From Trueperaceae bacterium (GTDB taxonomy: Bacteria; Deinococcota; Deinococci; Deinococcales; Trueperaceae): a stretch of 64,000 nt of DNA. Position 1 is the stretch's first letter. The number at the start of each line of letters is the position of its first letter. Positions 40,008 through 49,922 of the stretch are shown here, piece after piece. The stretch spans positions 832,001-896,000 of the forward strand of contig JAXHLW010000013.1 of the NCBI GenBank assembly GCA_034521815.1, given 5' to 3'. A program made the position numbers and the translations under genes. Below the pieces are notes generated by a model, which saw nothing but the letters and a program-made list of their open reading frames with translations, did no database searches and was not told the DNA's origin.

Positions 40008-40750
40008 GAGGCACCCCCATGCGCGACCTCGGCGATGGCGTCGAGGTCGGCGGTCGTGTAGACGTTCTGAACGTCGTCGAGGTCCTCGAGCGCGTCGACC
40101 ATGCGCACGATCTTGGCTGCGTCCGCCGCGCTCAGCGCAGCGCGCGTCTGCGGCACCTTGGTGAGCTGAGCGACGTCCGTCGTGGCTCCCAGCTCGGCGA
40201 ACCGATCGGCGATGGCGTACAGCTCGGTCGGCGGCGTGTACACCGTCAACGTTCCGTCGTCGTCGACGTCGAGGTCCAGCGCCCCCAGATCGATCGCCGT
40301 CTCCTGCAGCGTCTCGTCGGCACGCTCGAAGACCAGCACACCGACCGCGTCGAACTGCCAGGCGGTCGAGCCGGACATGTTTCCGCCGTGCTTCGTGAAC
40401 ACGCGACGCACCTCGGCCACGGTCCGGTTGCGATTGTCGGTCAACGCCTCGACCAGGAACGCCACGCCGGCCGGTCCGTACCCTTCGTACGCGACGGGAT
40501 CGAACGATCCGCCCTCGGCGCCGCCAGCCGCGCGCTCGATCGCCCGGTCGATGTTGTCCGCGGGGACGTCGTCCGCCTTCGCGGCGCCGAGAGCGTTCTT
40601 GAGCGCCAAGTTGGTGGCCGTATCGTCGCTTCCGCCTTCACGGACAGCGCTCTGGATGGCGCGGATGTGCTTGCTGATGATCTTGCCGCGCTGGTTGTCG
40701 TTGGCCGCCTTCTTCCGCTTGATCTGCGACCACTTGTTGTGACCTGCCAA
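40004..40750 (-). CDS. yebC: YebC/PmpR family protein
   Basis: MAGHNKWSQIKRKK, YEGYGP, LTDNRNRT, LEDLDDVQNVY; TTG start with GGAGG. Confidence 0.95.
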   Translation of the reverse strand: MAGHNKWSQIKRKKAANDNQRGKIISKHIRAIQSAVREGGSDDTATNLALKNALGAAKADDVPADNIDRAIERAAGGAEGGSFDPVAYEGYGPAGVAFLVEALTDNRNRTVAEVRRVFTKHGGNMSGSTAWQFDAVGVLVFERADETLQETAIDLGALDLDVDDDGTLTVYTPPTELYAIADRFAELGATTDVAQLTKVPQTRAALSAADAAKIVRMVDALEDLDDVQNVYTTADLDAIAEVAHGGAS

Positions 40751-40878
40751 GCCAAGACCTCCTCGTCAGACGGACCATTGTACCGCACGACGCCGCCTGA
40801 GACGTTCCAGGCGGCGTCGTCGAGACTCGTCGCGAAGCCGGGCCGGTCGCGACGGCGACCGGCCCGGCCACTCGCGGG

Positions 40879-41409
40879 TCAGCGCACGTAGAAGCGGGTC
40901 TCGGCCACGTCCCGGATCTCGAACGGCTCGATGTCGATTCGGATCGCGGCCAGCCAGGCGTCCTCGCCGGCGCGTCCGCGGAACGAGACGCGGCCGGTGT
41001 CGGTTCGACGGGGCGTGAAGCTGGCGCGCACCCGGTGCCAGCCCCTGGGAGGCTCGACGACGAACACGACGCCCTGGTCGCGGCCGTCGATCACGTTCGT
41101 ACGGCGGCCCGTGACGGGCACGTTGCGTGCGAACACCTCGACGTCTCCTCGCGGCCCCAGCGACGTCAACGTCACGTAGCCGTCCACGCGGGTTCGGATT
41201 CGGAACGAGATCTCCTCGCCGACGCGGTAGGACGAGCCTTCGCCACTGCGAGCCTCGAACACCTCGATGACGCGGTTGGCGTCGTCCGACACGGAGCTTC
41301 CAGGGCCGACGACGGTGACGGTGCAGCCTGCGAGCGCCACGATCAGCGGCAGGGCGAGAGCGAGCGACCAGCGTCGTCTCGCACGGAAGAATCGGAGCGG
41401 ATGAGTCAT
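40879..41409 (-). CDS. DUF4384-like lipoprotein
   Basis: LAGC lipobox; YRVGEEISF...DGYVTL...FVVEPP.G. Confidence 0.7.
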   Translation of the reverse strand: MTHPLRFFRARRRWSLALALPLIVALAGCTVTVVGPGSSVSDDANRVIEVFEARSGEGSSYRVGEEISFRIRTRVDGYVTLTSLGPRGDVEVFARNVPVTGRRTNVIDGRDQGVVFVVEPPRGWHRVRASFTPRRTDTGRVSFRGRAGEDAWLAAIRIDIEPFEIRDVAETRFYVR

Positions 41410-41437
41410 GGGAGGCCTCCTCGGGACGCCGGCGGCG

Positions 41438-41776
41438 CTACGGACGATCGTCCGCCGCTTCGTCGCGGTCGTAGGTGGTGATGAAGTACGGCAGATCGGT
41501 CTGGTGGTACCGACCACGATCGTCGTACCAGAAGACGTACGTGCCCGTGGACTGTCCGCCGCGGTCCACCTCCGACGTCGCGCGGGTGATCTTCCCGTCG
41601 ACGATGCCTTCGAACACGACCTCGCCACCGTAGGCGAACACGGTGATGTACATCCGCGTATTCGTGAAGTCCTGGATCGAGCGGCGAATCTGGTTCTGGG
41701 TCTCGTTCCGGCAGCCCGCCAGGCTCACGGCGAGAACCAGCACGAGCGTCGCGTAGACCGCGAAGCGGCGCGTCAA
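41438..41776 (-). CDS. Small hypothetical lipoprotein
   Basis: LAGC lipobox, GGAGG SD, coding-like codon use. Confidence 0.72.
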   Translation of the reverse strand: MTRRFAVYATLVLVLAVSLAGCRNETQNQIRRSIQDFTNTRMYITVFAYGGEVVFEGIVDGKITRATSEVDRGGQSTGTYVFWYDDRGRYHQTDLPYFITTYDRDEAADDRP

Positions 41777-41852
41777 GGGCGGTCACCTCCGCCACCAACG
41801 GTAGCACGCGGTGGACGGCGGCGAGAACGCAGCGCGGGTATCATGCCGGGAC

Positions 41853-42809
41853 GTGACCCACGGCAGCGACGACCCCTACCAGGTACTCGGCGTCCCGCGC
41901 GACGCGAGCGCGGAGGACGTCAAGGTCGCCTACAGGCGCCTGGCGCTCGCGAACCACCCCGATCGGAACCCCGGCGACGCCGGTGCCGAGGAACGGTTCA
42001 AGCGGATCAGCGAGGCGTACGCCACCCTTCGCGATCCCGAAAAGCGAGCCTGGGTCGACCGGGGCGGCGCGGCGGCGGGCGGGCCGAGGCCCGACTTCAG
42101 TCGCGTGGATTGGCAGACGGTGTTCGAGGAGGCCGACGTCCGCGTCGACTTCGGCCAGGGCGTGCCCCGTACCGGCAACGCGGTGTTCGACGCGCTGTTC
42201 GGCGTCATGACCGGGATGCTTCGGCAACAGGGCGTGTTGCCGGGCGAAGACCGCGAGGCGGAGCTCGAGATCGACCTCGCGACGGCCAGGGCGGGCGGCA
42301 CCGCGCGGGTGCGCGTCCCGGGGCCCAGCGTCTGCGCCGTCTGCCGCGGCGCCCGGCTCGCGGACGACGGGCGTCCATGCCCGGCGTGCCAGGGGCGCGG
42401 CGTCCTGCGCCGAGGGGACGTGGTCGAGGTCGAGGTCCCCTCCGGCGTGCGCGACGGCGTCAAGCTCCGCCTGCGCGGCCTCGGCGGTCCGGGCCGGCCG
42501 CCTGGCGACGCGCTGGTCGCGGTCCACGTGCGGCTGCCGCCAGGGGTCGAGCGCGTCGGCGACGAGCTGCACACCGAGCTGTCGATCACGCCGCAGGAGG
42601 CTCGTCGCGGGACGACCACCATGCTGCTCGGCAGCGACGTTCGCGTGCCGCCGGGAACGCCGGACGGCGGCGTCGTCCGGGTTCGCGGGGCCGGGCTCGC
42701 CGGCGCGGACATGCGCGTCACGGTGCGACACCGCGTGTGGCGCGGACTGGCACGCTGGGCACGTGACAAGATGTCGGGGATCGTGCGCGACGAGGGAGGA
42801 CATGCGTGA
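41853..42809 (+). CDS. DnaJ-class chaperone (J-domain, partial Zn finger, DnaJ_C)
   Basis: [25 protein letters not shown] and [14 protein letters not shown]. Confidence 0.9.
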   Translation: MTHGSDDPYQVLGVPRDASAEDVKVAYRRLALANHPDRNPGDAGAEERFKRISEAYATLRDPEKRAWVDRGGAAAGGPRPDFSRVDWQTVFEEADVRVDFGQGVPRTGNAVFDALFGVMTGMLRQQGVLPGEDREAELEIDLATARAGGTARVRVPGPSVCAVCRGARLADDGRPCPACQGRGVLRRGDVVEVEVPSGVRDGVKLRLRGLGGPGRPPGDALVAVHVRLPPGVERVGDELHTELSITPQEARRGTTTMLLGSDVRVPPGTPDGGVVRVRGAGLAGADMRVTVRHRVWRGLARWARDKMSGIVRDEGGHA

Positions 42810-43213
42810 ACGACGACGACGCCAACATCGACAAGGACAAGCCGCTCTACGTGATCAGCGTCGCCGCGGAGCTCGTCGATATGCACCCCCAGACGCTTCG
42901 GCTCTACGAACGCAAGGGCCTGATCGAGCCCAGCCGGAGCGCGGGGAAGACCCGGCTGTACTCGCAGCGCAACATCGAGCAGCTGCGCGAGATCCGGCGC
43001 TTGACGCAGGAGCTCGGCGTGAACCTCGCCGGGGTGGAGGAGATCATCAAGCTGCGCTCGCGCCTCGACACGCTCCAATCGAACATGGAGAGCCGCATCG
43101 GCCTGCTGCAGGGCCAGCTCGAGGAACGGATCGGCGGCATCCGAGGCGCGCTGCCGGCCGAGATCGAGGACCTCGCGCGGCGCATGGCCAAGCCCGACGA
43201 CGACGAGCAGTGA
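42806..43213 (+). CDS. hspR: HspR, MerR-family heat-shock repressor
   Basis: [25 protein letters not shown]...[12 protein letters not shown]; follows the dnaJ-like gene. Confidence 0.92.
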   Translation: MNDDDANIDKDKPLYVISVAAELVDMHPQTLRLYERKGLIEPSRSAGKTRLYSQRNIEQLREIRRLTQELGVNLAGVEEIIKLRSRLDTLQSNMESRIGLLQGQLEERIGGIRGALPAEIEDLARRMAKPDDDEQ

Positions 43214-43216
43214 CGC

Positions 43217-43268
43217 TCTGAACGTACGGTCTGAACGTACGGTCTGAACGTGCGGTCTGGACGTGCAG
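43217..43268. repeat. 13-bp tandem repeat TCTGAACGTACGG x4, degenerating rightwards
   Basis: TCTGAACGTACGG TCTGAACGTACGG TCTGAACGTGCGG TCTGGACGTGCAG. Confidence 0.85.
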
Positions 43269-43291
43269 GAGGCCGTGGTAGGCTCCCCGCC

Positions 43292-44665
43292 ATGACCGAT
43301 CCAGACCGCCTTCCGGGCCTCCTCGCAGAGCGCCGCGACCGTCATCAGGACGAGCTGTTCGAGCTGCTCCGCATCCCCTCCATCTCGACCGATCCGGCCC
43401 ACGAGGCCGACATCCGGCGCGCCGCGGACTGGCTGCGCGACGATCTGGGCGCTCACGGCTTCGACGCCGAGCTGCTCGAGACCGGGGGCCACCCCGCGGT
43501 GTTCGCCCAGCGGCACGTCGCGGACGACCTGCCCACGGTGCTGGTGTACGGCCACTACGACGTGCAGCCCGCCGATCCGGTCGAGCTTTGGGACTCGGGT
43601 CCGTTCGAGCCGACGATCCGCGACGGCGCGATCGTCGCTCGAGGGTCGAGCGACGACAAGGGACAGGTCTTCGCGCACGTGAAGGGGGCCCAGGCGCTTC
43701 TGGAGGCGGACGGCGAGCTCCCCGTGAACCTGAAGTTCCTGATCGAGGGCGAGGAGGAGATCGGCAGCCGCAACCTCGCCGCCACGATCCAGGCGAACAG
43801 CGAGAAGCTGGCCGCCGACACCGTCGTCGTCAGCGACGGCGCGATGCTGCCCGGCAAGGTGCCGACCCTGACGTACGGCCTGAAGGGGCTGGCGTACGTC
43901 GAGCTGCGCGTACGGACGGCCGACCGCGACCTGCACTCGGGCGCGTACGGCGGCGGGGTGCCCAACGCCGCGATGGCGCTCGCGCAGATCGTGGCGCGCC
44001 TCAAGGATACGGACGGCCGGATCACGGTGCCCGGCTTCTACGACGCGGTGGTCGAGATCACGGAGGAGGAGCGCGAGCAGCTGGACCGCGTTCCGTTCGA
44101 CGAGACGGCGTTCGCCGAGGGGATCGGCGTCTCCGCCACCCCGGGCGAAGCGGGCCGCACGCTGGTCGAGCGGCTCTGGACGCGTCCGACCCTGGACGTC
44201 AACGGCATCGGCGGCGGCTTCCAGGGCGAGGGCTCGAAGACGGTGATTCCGGCCGAGGCGTTCGCCAAGATCTCGTGCCGGCTGGTCCCGAACCAGGATC
44301 CGGCCGTGATCACCGAGGCGCTGGTCGAGCATCTGACCTCGCTGGCGCCCGAGGGGGCGCAGGTCGAGGTGATCCGGCACACCAGCGGCAGCTGGGCGCT
44401 CAGCCCGATCGACGGCCGGTCGGTGCAGGCGGCTGCGGAGGCGGTCCGCGCGGTGGACGGGCGCGATCCCGTCTACGTCCGGACCGGCGGCACGATTCCG
44501 GTGGTGGCCGACTTCCAGCGACTGCTCGGGGCCGAGGTCGTGCTGGTCGACATGGGGCTCGAGGACGACCGCATCCACTCGCCGAACGAGAAGTTCGACG
44601 TCGACCTGTACCACCGGGGCATCCACCTGAGCGCCGAGCTGCTGCGCTCGCTGGGCCGGGCCTGA
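43292..44665 (+). CDS. M20 family dipeptidase
   Basis: YGHYDVQP, ARGSSDDKG, EGEEEIGS, DLHSG, HSPNE. Confidence 0.92.
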   Translation: MTDPDRLPGLLAERRDRHQDELFELLRIPSISTDPAHEADIRRAADWLRDDLGAHGFDAELLETGGHPAVFAQRHVADDLPTVLVYGHYDVQPADPVELWDSGPFEPTIRDGAIVARGSSDDKGQVFAHVKGAQALLEADGELPVNLKFLIEGEEEIGSRNLAATIQANSEKLAADTVVVSDGAMLPGKVPTLTYGLKGLAYVELRVRTADRDLHSGAYGGGVPNAAMALAQIVARLKDTDGRITVPGFYDAVVEITEEEREQLDRVPFDETAFAEGIGVSATPGEAGRTLVERLWTRPTLDVNGIGGGFQGEGSKTVIPAEAFAKISCRLVPNQDPAVITEALVEHLTSLAPEGAQVEVIRHTSGSWALSPIDGRSVQAAAEAVRAVDGRDPVYVRTGGTIPVVADFQRLLGAEVVLVDMGLEDDRIHSPNEKFDVDLYHRGIHLSAELLRSLGRA

Positions 44666-44681
44666 GCGCCGGGCGGCCCGC

Positions 44682-47600
44682 GTGCGCATCGACCGCCTGA
44701 CGCTGGCCGGCTTCAAGAGCTTCGGCGATCGCACCACCGTCGAGTTCGCGCCGGGCGTGACGGCGGTCGTCGGTCCGAACGGCAGCGGCAAGTCGAACAT
44801 CCTGGACGCGCTTCGCTGGGCCACGGGCGGTGGCCGCGCCAGCGAGTTCCGCGCCGACGAGAAGACCGCGCTGATCTTCCACGGCGCGGCAGGGAAGAGG
44901 CGGCTGGGCCGGGCCGAGGTGGAGGTCGAGCTCCACGCCGGCGGCAAGCGCCTGGTGATCCGCCGGAGCCTGGACCGCGACGGCGTCACGAAGCTGACGC
45001 TGAACGGGAAGAACGCCCGCTTCCTGGACCTCGACGAGGAGCTGGCGGGAAGCGGCCTGGGCCGCGGCAGCTTGGCGGTGATCGGTCAGGGCGAAGTGAG
45101 CGGCGTCCTGATGGCCGATCCGAGCCGGCTGCTGGCCTACGTGGCCGAGGCGGCCGGCGTCGCCCGACTGTCGGGCCGCCGCGAGCAGACCGAGGGGCGA
45201 CTCGATGCGGCGCGAACGCACCTCGACCGTCTCGAGGAGAAGCTGGCCGAGGACGGCGAACGACTCGAGTCGCTCCGGCGCGACGCGAACGACGCCCGTC
45301 GCCACGACGAGCTGTCCGCCCGGGCGCGGCGACTGCGGCTGACGCTGGCCGCCGCTCGCGTGGCGTCGCTTCGCAAGGAGGTCGAGGGGCTCGAGACCGA
45401 GACCGCCCGGCTGGAGGCCGAGCTGGCGGACGGTCGGGCGCAGCTGGCCGACCTACGCGAGGCCCTGCAGCGGTCCCGGGCCGCCGACTCGGCGGCGGAA
45501 GCCGAGCATCGCGAGGCCACCGCCGCGCACGCCAGGGCCACGGCCGAGCTGCGCGTCGCCGAGCATGCGCTGGAGGCCGCCACGACCCGCGCCGCGGACC
45601 TCGAGCGTCAGCGCGAGCGCACCGCTGCCGAGCGCGACGCGTTGCTCCGGCAGGGCGCGCCCGACGCGCCGTCCGACGATCTGGACGCGTTGCGCGCCGA
45701 GGCCGAGCGAGCGGACGCCGCCTACCGGGCGGCACGCGACGAGCGCGAGCGCGCCGAGGCCCGGGCCGAGGCGGCCCGAGCCGAACGCGAGCAGCTCGAG
45801 GCGAGCGCGGCCAGGGCCGCCAAAGCCGCCGCCGAGGCGGACGCCGAGCGCGACGCGATCCGCCGCCAGCGCGAGGAGGTCGACGCCCGCCTGGCCGAGC
45901 TCGCCGCGACCCCGGTCGACGTCGCGAGGGGCCACGAGGCGGACGAATCCGAAGCCGACGCACAGGGGTCGGGGCTCCGGAACGCTCGATACCGAGGCGC
46001 ACGCCCGAAGCGGCGGAGCGCGCGGCGGAGGAGACCCTGCGCGACGCTCAGGCGGCCCTCGACGCGGCGCGCGCCCGCCTGGAGAGCGCCCAGGCCGCGC
46101 ACGCGCGCGAGGCTGCCGAGGCCCGGGCGCTGGACCGGGCGGTCGAGCGCCAGCGCGCCGCCTTCGCCGCGCGCAGGGGGTACGCAGAGGGTCCCCGCCA
46201 CGCCCTGACCAGCGGCATCGCGGGCGTCCTGGGCTCGCTGGCCGACGTGATCCGTGTTCCACCCGACCTGCAGGAGGCGATTCAGCTGGCGCTGGGGCGG
46301 CGCGCGGAGTACGTGCTGGCCGAGGACGCAGGCGTAGCCCGGCGCGTCCTGGCGCACGTCCGTGCCGCTGGAGGCTGGGTCACCCTGCTTCCGCTGGACC
46401 TCGTCCACGGCACCCGAACGCGCCTGGATCCCGAGCTGGCCTCGCAGCCCGGCGTCGTCGGGGTGGCGTCGGAGCTGGTGGAGACGGAGGACCGTTTCGC
46501 CGCGGCGGTAGGTCAGCTGCTCGGCGGCACGGTGCTCGTCGAGACGACCGAGCAGGCGACGGCGATCGCGCGTCGCTTCTCGAGGCGCCCCCGCCTCGTG
46601 ACGCTCGAGGGCGACGTGGTCGAGCCGGGCGGAGCGCTGTCGGGCGGCCGCCGTCAGGGACGAAGCGTGCTGGTGGGCGCGGCGGCCGACCTCGAGGAGG
46701 CGGAAGCGCAGGCAGCGGAGGCGAACGCCGCCGAGCGGGCGGCCGGCGAAGAGGTCGGCGCCGCCCAGGCCTCGTTCCGGACCGCCCGCGACCGCGTCGA
46801 GGAGGCGACCACGGAGGTCCAGCACGCCCGGGCGGCCGCGGCACGCTGGCGGGAAGCGCGGGCCGCCGAACGGCACCTGCGCAGCGACCTCGAGGCGCGG
46901 CGCGAGCGCTTGGCCGAGGCCGAGCGTCGGCTTCCCGAGCCACCGGACACGATCGCGCCGGAGCGCTTGGACGAGGTGCGCGACGCCGACGCGCACGCGC
47001 GAACGACGCTGCAGGCCGCGCGCGCGGCGGAGGCGCCGGCCTCCGAGGCGGCGTCGGCTGCCGGGCGGACGCTGGCCCTGGCCGAGGAGCGCCGCCGCGC
47101 GCACGCCGCGGCGCAGGCCCGCTACGACGAGGACGTCGCTCGCAGCGAGGCGCTCGGGCGCGAGCTGGAGCGCCTGGCGGAGGCGCTCGAGTCCGGCTGG
47201 GCCGCGGCGCGCGACGCCGAGCGACGGGCCGTGCAGGCGCGCGCATCGCTGCCCGAGGACGCCCCTGCGACCGAGGAGGCGCGCGAAGACGCCCGCGCAC
47301 GGCTGCGCGAGGCGGAGGAGGCGCTGGAGTCGGCCGCCGAAGCCCAGAGCCGACGGGCCGAGGCCCTGGAGCACGCCCGCGTGCAGGCGGCCCGGCGCGA
47401 GGCGGCGCTCGAGGCTGCCGAGGCCGAGCACGACAGCTTTCCAGCCGGCCTCGAGCCGCTGGACCTGAATGATCGGGCGGCGCGCGCCGAGCTACGCGAA
47501 GCCGAGGCCGAGCTGGAGCGTCTGGGCGCGGTGAACCATCGCGCCGCCCAGGAGCTCGAAGGCCTCGAGGACGACCACCTCGAGCGCGAGCGCGAGGCGC

Positions 47601-48166
47601 GCGACGCCCGCGACGCCGTCGAGCGTCTCGGCTCGACGCTCATCCGGCTGGACCGCGAGACGACGTCGCGCCTGACGGCCGCGATCGCCGGCGTGCGGAC
47701 CCGCTTCGTCACGCACTTGGGCGAGCTGTTCGGACCGGACGGGGACGGCGACGTCGAGGCCGATCTGGAGGAGGGACGGCCCGTCGGGCTGCGCATCCGC
47801 CTGCAGCCGCCGGGCAAGCAGACGCAGGCGCTGGGGCTGCTGTCCGTCGGCGAGCGGACGATGGGCGCGCTGGCGTTCCTGTTCGCGCTGATGGGCGAGG
47901 AGCAGGGGGGACGCGGCATGCCGGTCGCGGTGCTCGACGAGGTGGACGCGCCGCTGGACGAGGCCAACATCCGTCGCTACCGGACGTTCCTGGAGCGCAT
48001 GGCGTCGAACGGCACGCAGTTCGTGCTGATCACCCACCAGAAGGCCACCTTCGAAGTCGCCGACGTGCTGTGGGGCGTGACGACCGAGCAGGGCGTCAGT
48101 CGCGTGTTCTCGATCCGCAAGGAGTCCGACGAGCCGCGGGCGGTCGCGAGCACGGCGCCGTCGTAG
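44682..48166 (+). CDS. smc: Chromosome segregation protein SMC, indels near 45975-46010
   Basis: GFKSF, GPNGSGKSN, IGQG, coiled coils, hinge (LVTLEGDVVEPGG), LSVGE signature, LDEVDAPLD, ITH. Confidence 0.92.
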
Positions 48167-48169
48167 CGG

Positions 48170-48288
48170 TCCGACCGCGACAGCGCACGCATCGACAGCG
48201 CACGCATCGTCCACGTCGCGCGCCTCGCCGTCCGACTCGCGACTGCGCGCGCATCAACGGCGCGCGCATCGTCCACGACCGCGCGCTT
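48170..48288. repeat. Imperfect 61-bp-period tandem duplication, each unit with an internal 15-bp doublet
   Basis: GACAGCGCACGCATC x2 + GTCCACG, then GACTGCGCGCGCATC / AACGGCGCGCGCATC + GTCCACG. Confidence 0.75.
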
Positions 48289-49773
48289 CAGCGCTCACCC
48301 AGTCCGTCGTCCCGGTCCAGCCGTTCGGCTTCAACGCTCGCCGTCGTCGCCGTCCGCGCTTCAGCCGTACCACCCGCCAAATCGTCGGCGATGGCGCGCC
48401 GCTCGGCACGGCTGCGCTTGCTGTAGCGGCGCGTCGTCTGGAGGTTCGCGTGCCGCAGCAGGTCGGCGGCGGCGTCGATGCCGTGCCGCCGCGCGACCTC
48501 GGTCCCGGCGGTGTGGCGCAGGCCGTGCACCTCGCGCCCCTCGTACCGGACGCCGGCCCGCTCGCACAGCGCTCGCAGCCGCAGCCGCGCCCGCCCGAGT
48601 CCGAAGCCCAGCACGCGGGCGGCCGGGTCGGGCCGGGTCCGGGCGGATCGCGGCCAGCGCTGCCAGGAGCGCGCCCTGCGGCCGGGACGTCCCGCACCCG
48701 GCCGCCCCTTGCCGACGACGCGCGCGCAACACGCCTTCGCGAGCGTCCACCTGACCCCAGACGAGGCCGGTCGCTTCGGCGTTGCGGAGGCCCGCGGTCG
48801 CGCACAGGTGCACGAACGCGGCGTCCTTGGGCCCGGCCGCGATCAGCAGGCGGGCGATCTCGTCGGCGCGGTACGCCTCGCGCTTGTCCTCGGGCGCGAC
48901 GCCGTCCACCGGCGCCGTCAGGTCGCGGAACGGATCGGCGTCGGTCGCGCCGACGTGGCGCAGCGCACGGTAGAGCGCCTTGCCGGCGGCCAGCTTGACC
49001 GCCACCGTCGCCGCGGCGCGCGGACCGGTCTCGGTGCGTCCCCGCAGCCGTCGCTCGATCGGCTCCGTCTCGAGCCGGATCAGCCAGATCGCGCCGGCGT
49101 CGGGCGACGGCCGCAGCAGGTTCTCGTCCTGCCACGCCTCGACCAGGTCGCGGACGCCGCGACGGTAGGCGTCGCGCGTCCGCTCGCTCATGCCGGCGCG
49201 TTTGCGACCGCGCGTGGCCAGCACGTAGTGCGTGAGGTCCCAGAGCGCGTCCGGGTCGCGCTCGTTCGCGGCGCGCACGGCCCGGACGCGCCGCAGCTCG
49301 GGCGACAGCCGCGCCCAGCGCACGGCGGCGTCCACCGCGTCCTCGGACGCCACCTCCAGCTCGGTGGCGGCGCTGAGGCGGACCTCGCCGCTGGCCGCGA
49401 GCTGGACGAGGTCGTCGACGCCGCTGCGGAACAGGGCGTGCACGCGGACGCGGCTGACCCCGAGCTCGCGTCCGAGCTGGGCCAGCGACGCCGGCTCGGA
49501 CGAGGCGCCCAGCGCGCGCCTGAGCACCTCGGCGCGGCGCGGCTCGAGCCGGGGGGCGAAGGCGCGCAACAAGGTGAACGCGGCGGCCAGCGCAGCCCGG
49601 TCGCCGAGCACCTCGCGCACGCTGCGCGCACTGCGGTCGGCGCGCAGCAGACGGAGCGACAGGTCCGCCGCCGAGGTCGCGTCGGTGCTCGCGCCGGCCT
49701 CGTGAGGGTCGGACGACGCTCGGGGCGTCGCGCCAGGCGATTCGTGCGGCGTTTCGTTGGACGTCGAAGCCAT
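48288..49773 (-). CDS. Tyrosine recombinase (Deinococcota Xer-like) with N-terminal sigma70 r4-like HTH; indels at about 48630-48725
   Basis: SERTRDAY, AGLRNAE, VVGKG (shifted frame), HGLRHTAG, LLRHANLQTTRRY: R-K-H-R-H-Y catalytic set present across frames. Confidence 0.85.
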
Positions 49774-49776
49774 GCC

Positions 49777-49825
49777 GTATGTTAACCCCATACCGACAAG
49801 AGACATTATCGGATTGTTAACATGC
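49777..49825. promoter_or_regulatory. Nested palindromic dif-like/operator site overlapping the recombinase -10 box
   Basis: GTATGTTAAC-CCCATA-CCGACAA-GAGACA-TTATCGG-ATT-GTTAACATGC. Confidence 0.6.
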
Positions 49826-49922
49826 AGATGGCGAAGCGAATCCGGCGATTCGATCGTGCGCACCGCGGTCCCGGCGTCGGCCTTCGGACCGCTGCACGGT
49901 CGGACCGACCGTATGATGAACC

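Noticed and set aside
41777-41852. HAIR operator (CTTGAGT-N7-ACTCAAG) expected upstream of dnaJ-hspR
   Set aside because: Not found by eye in this interval
43217-43268. Possible mini-CRISPR
   Set aside because: Units are contiguous with no spacers, too short, and there are no cas genes
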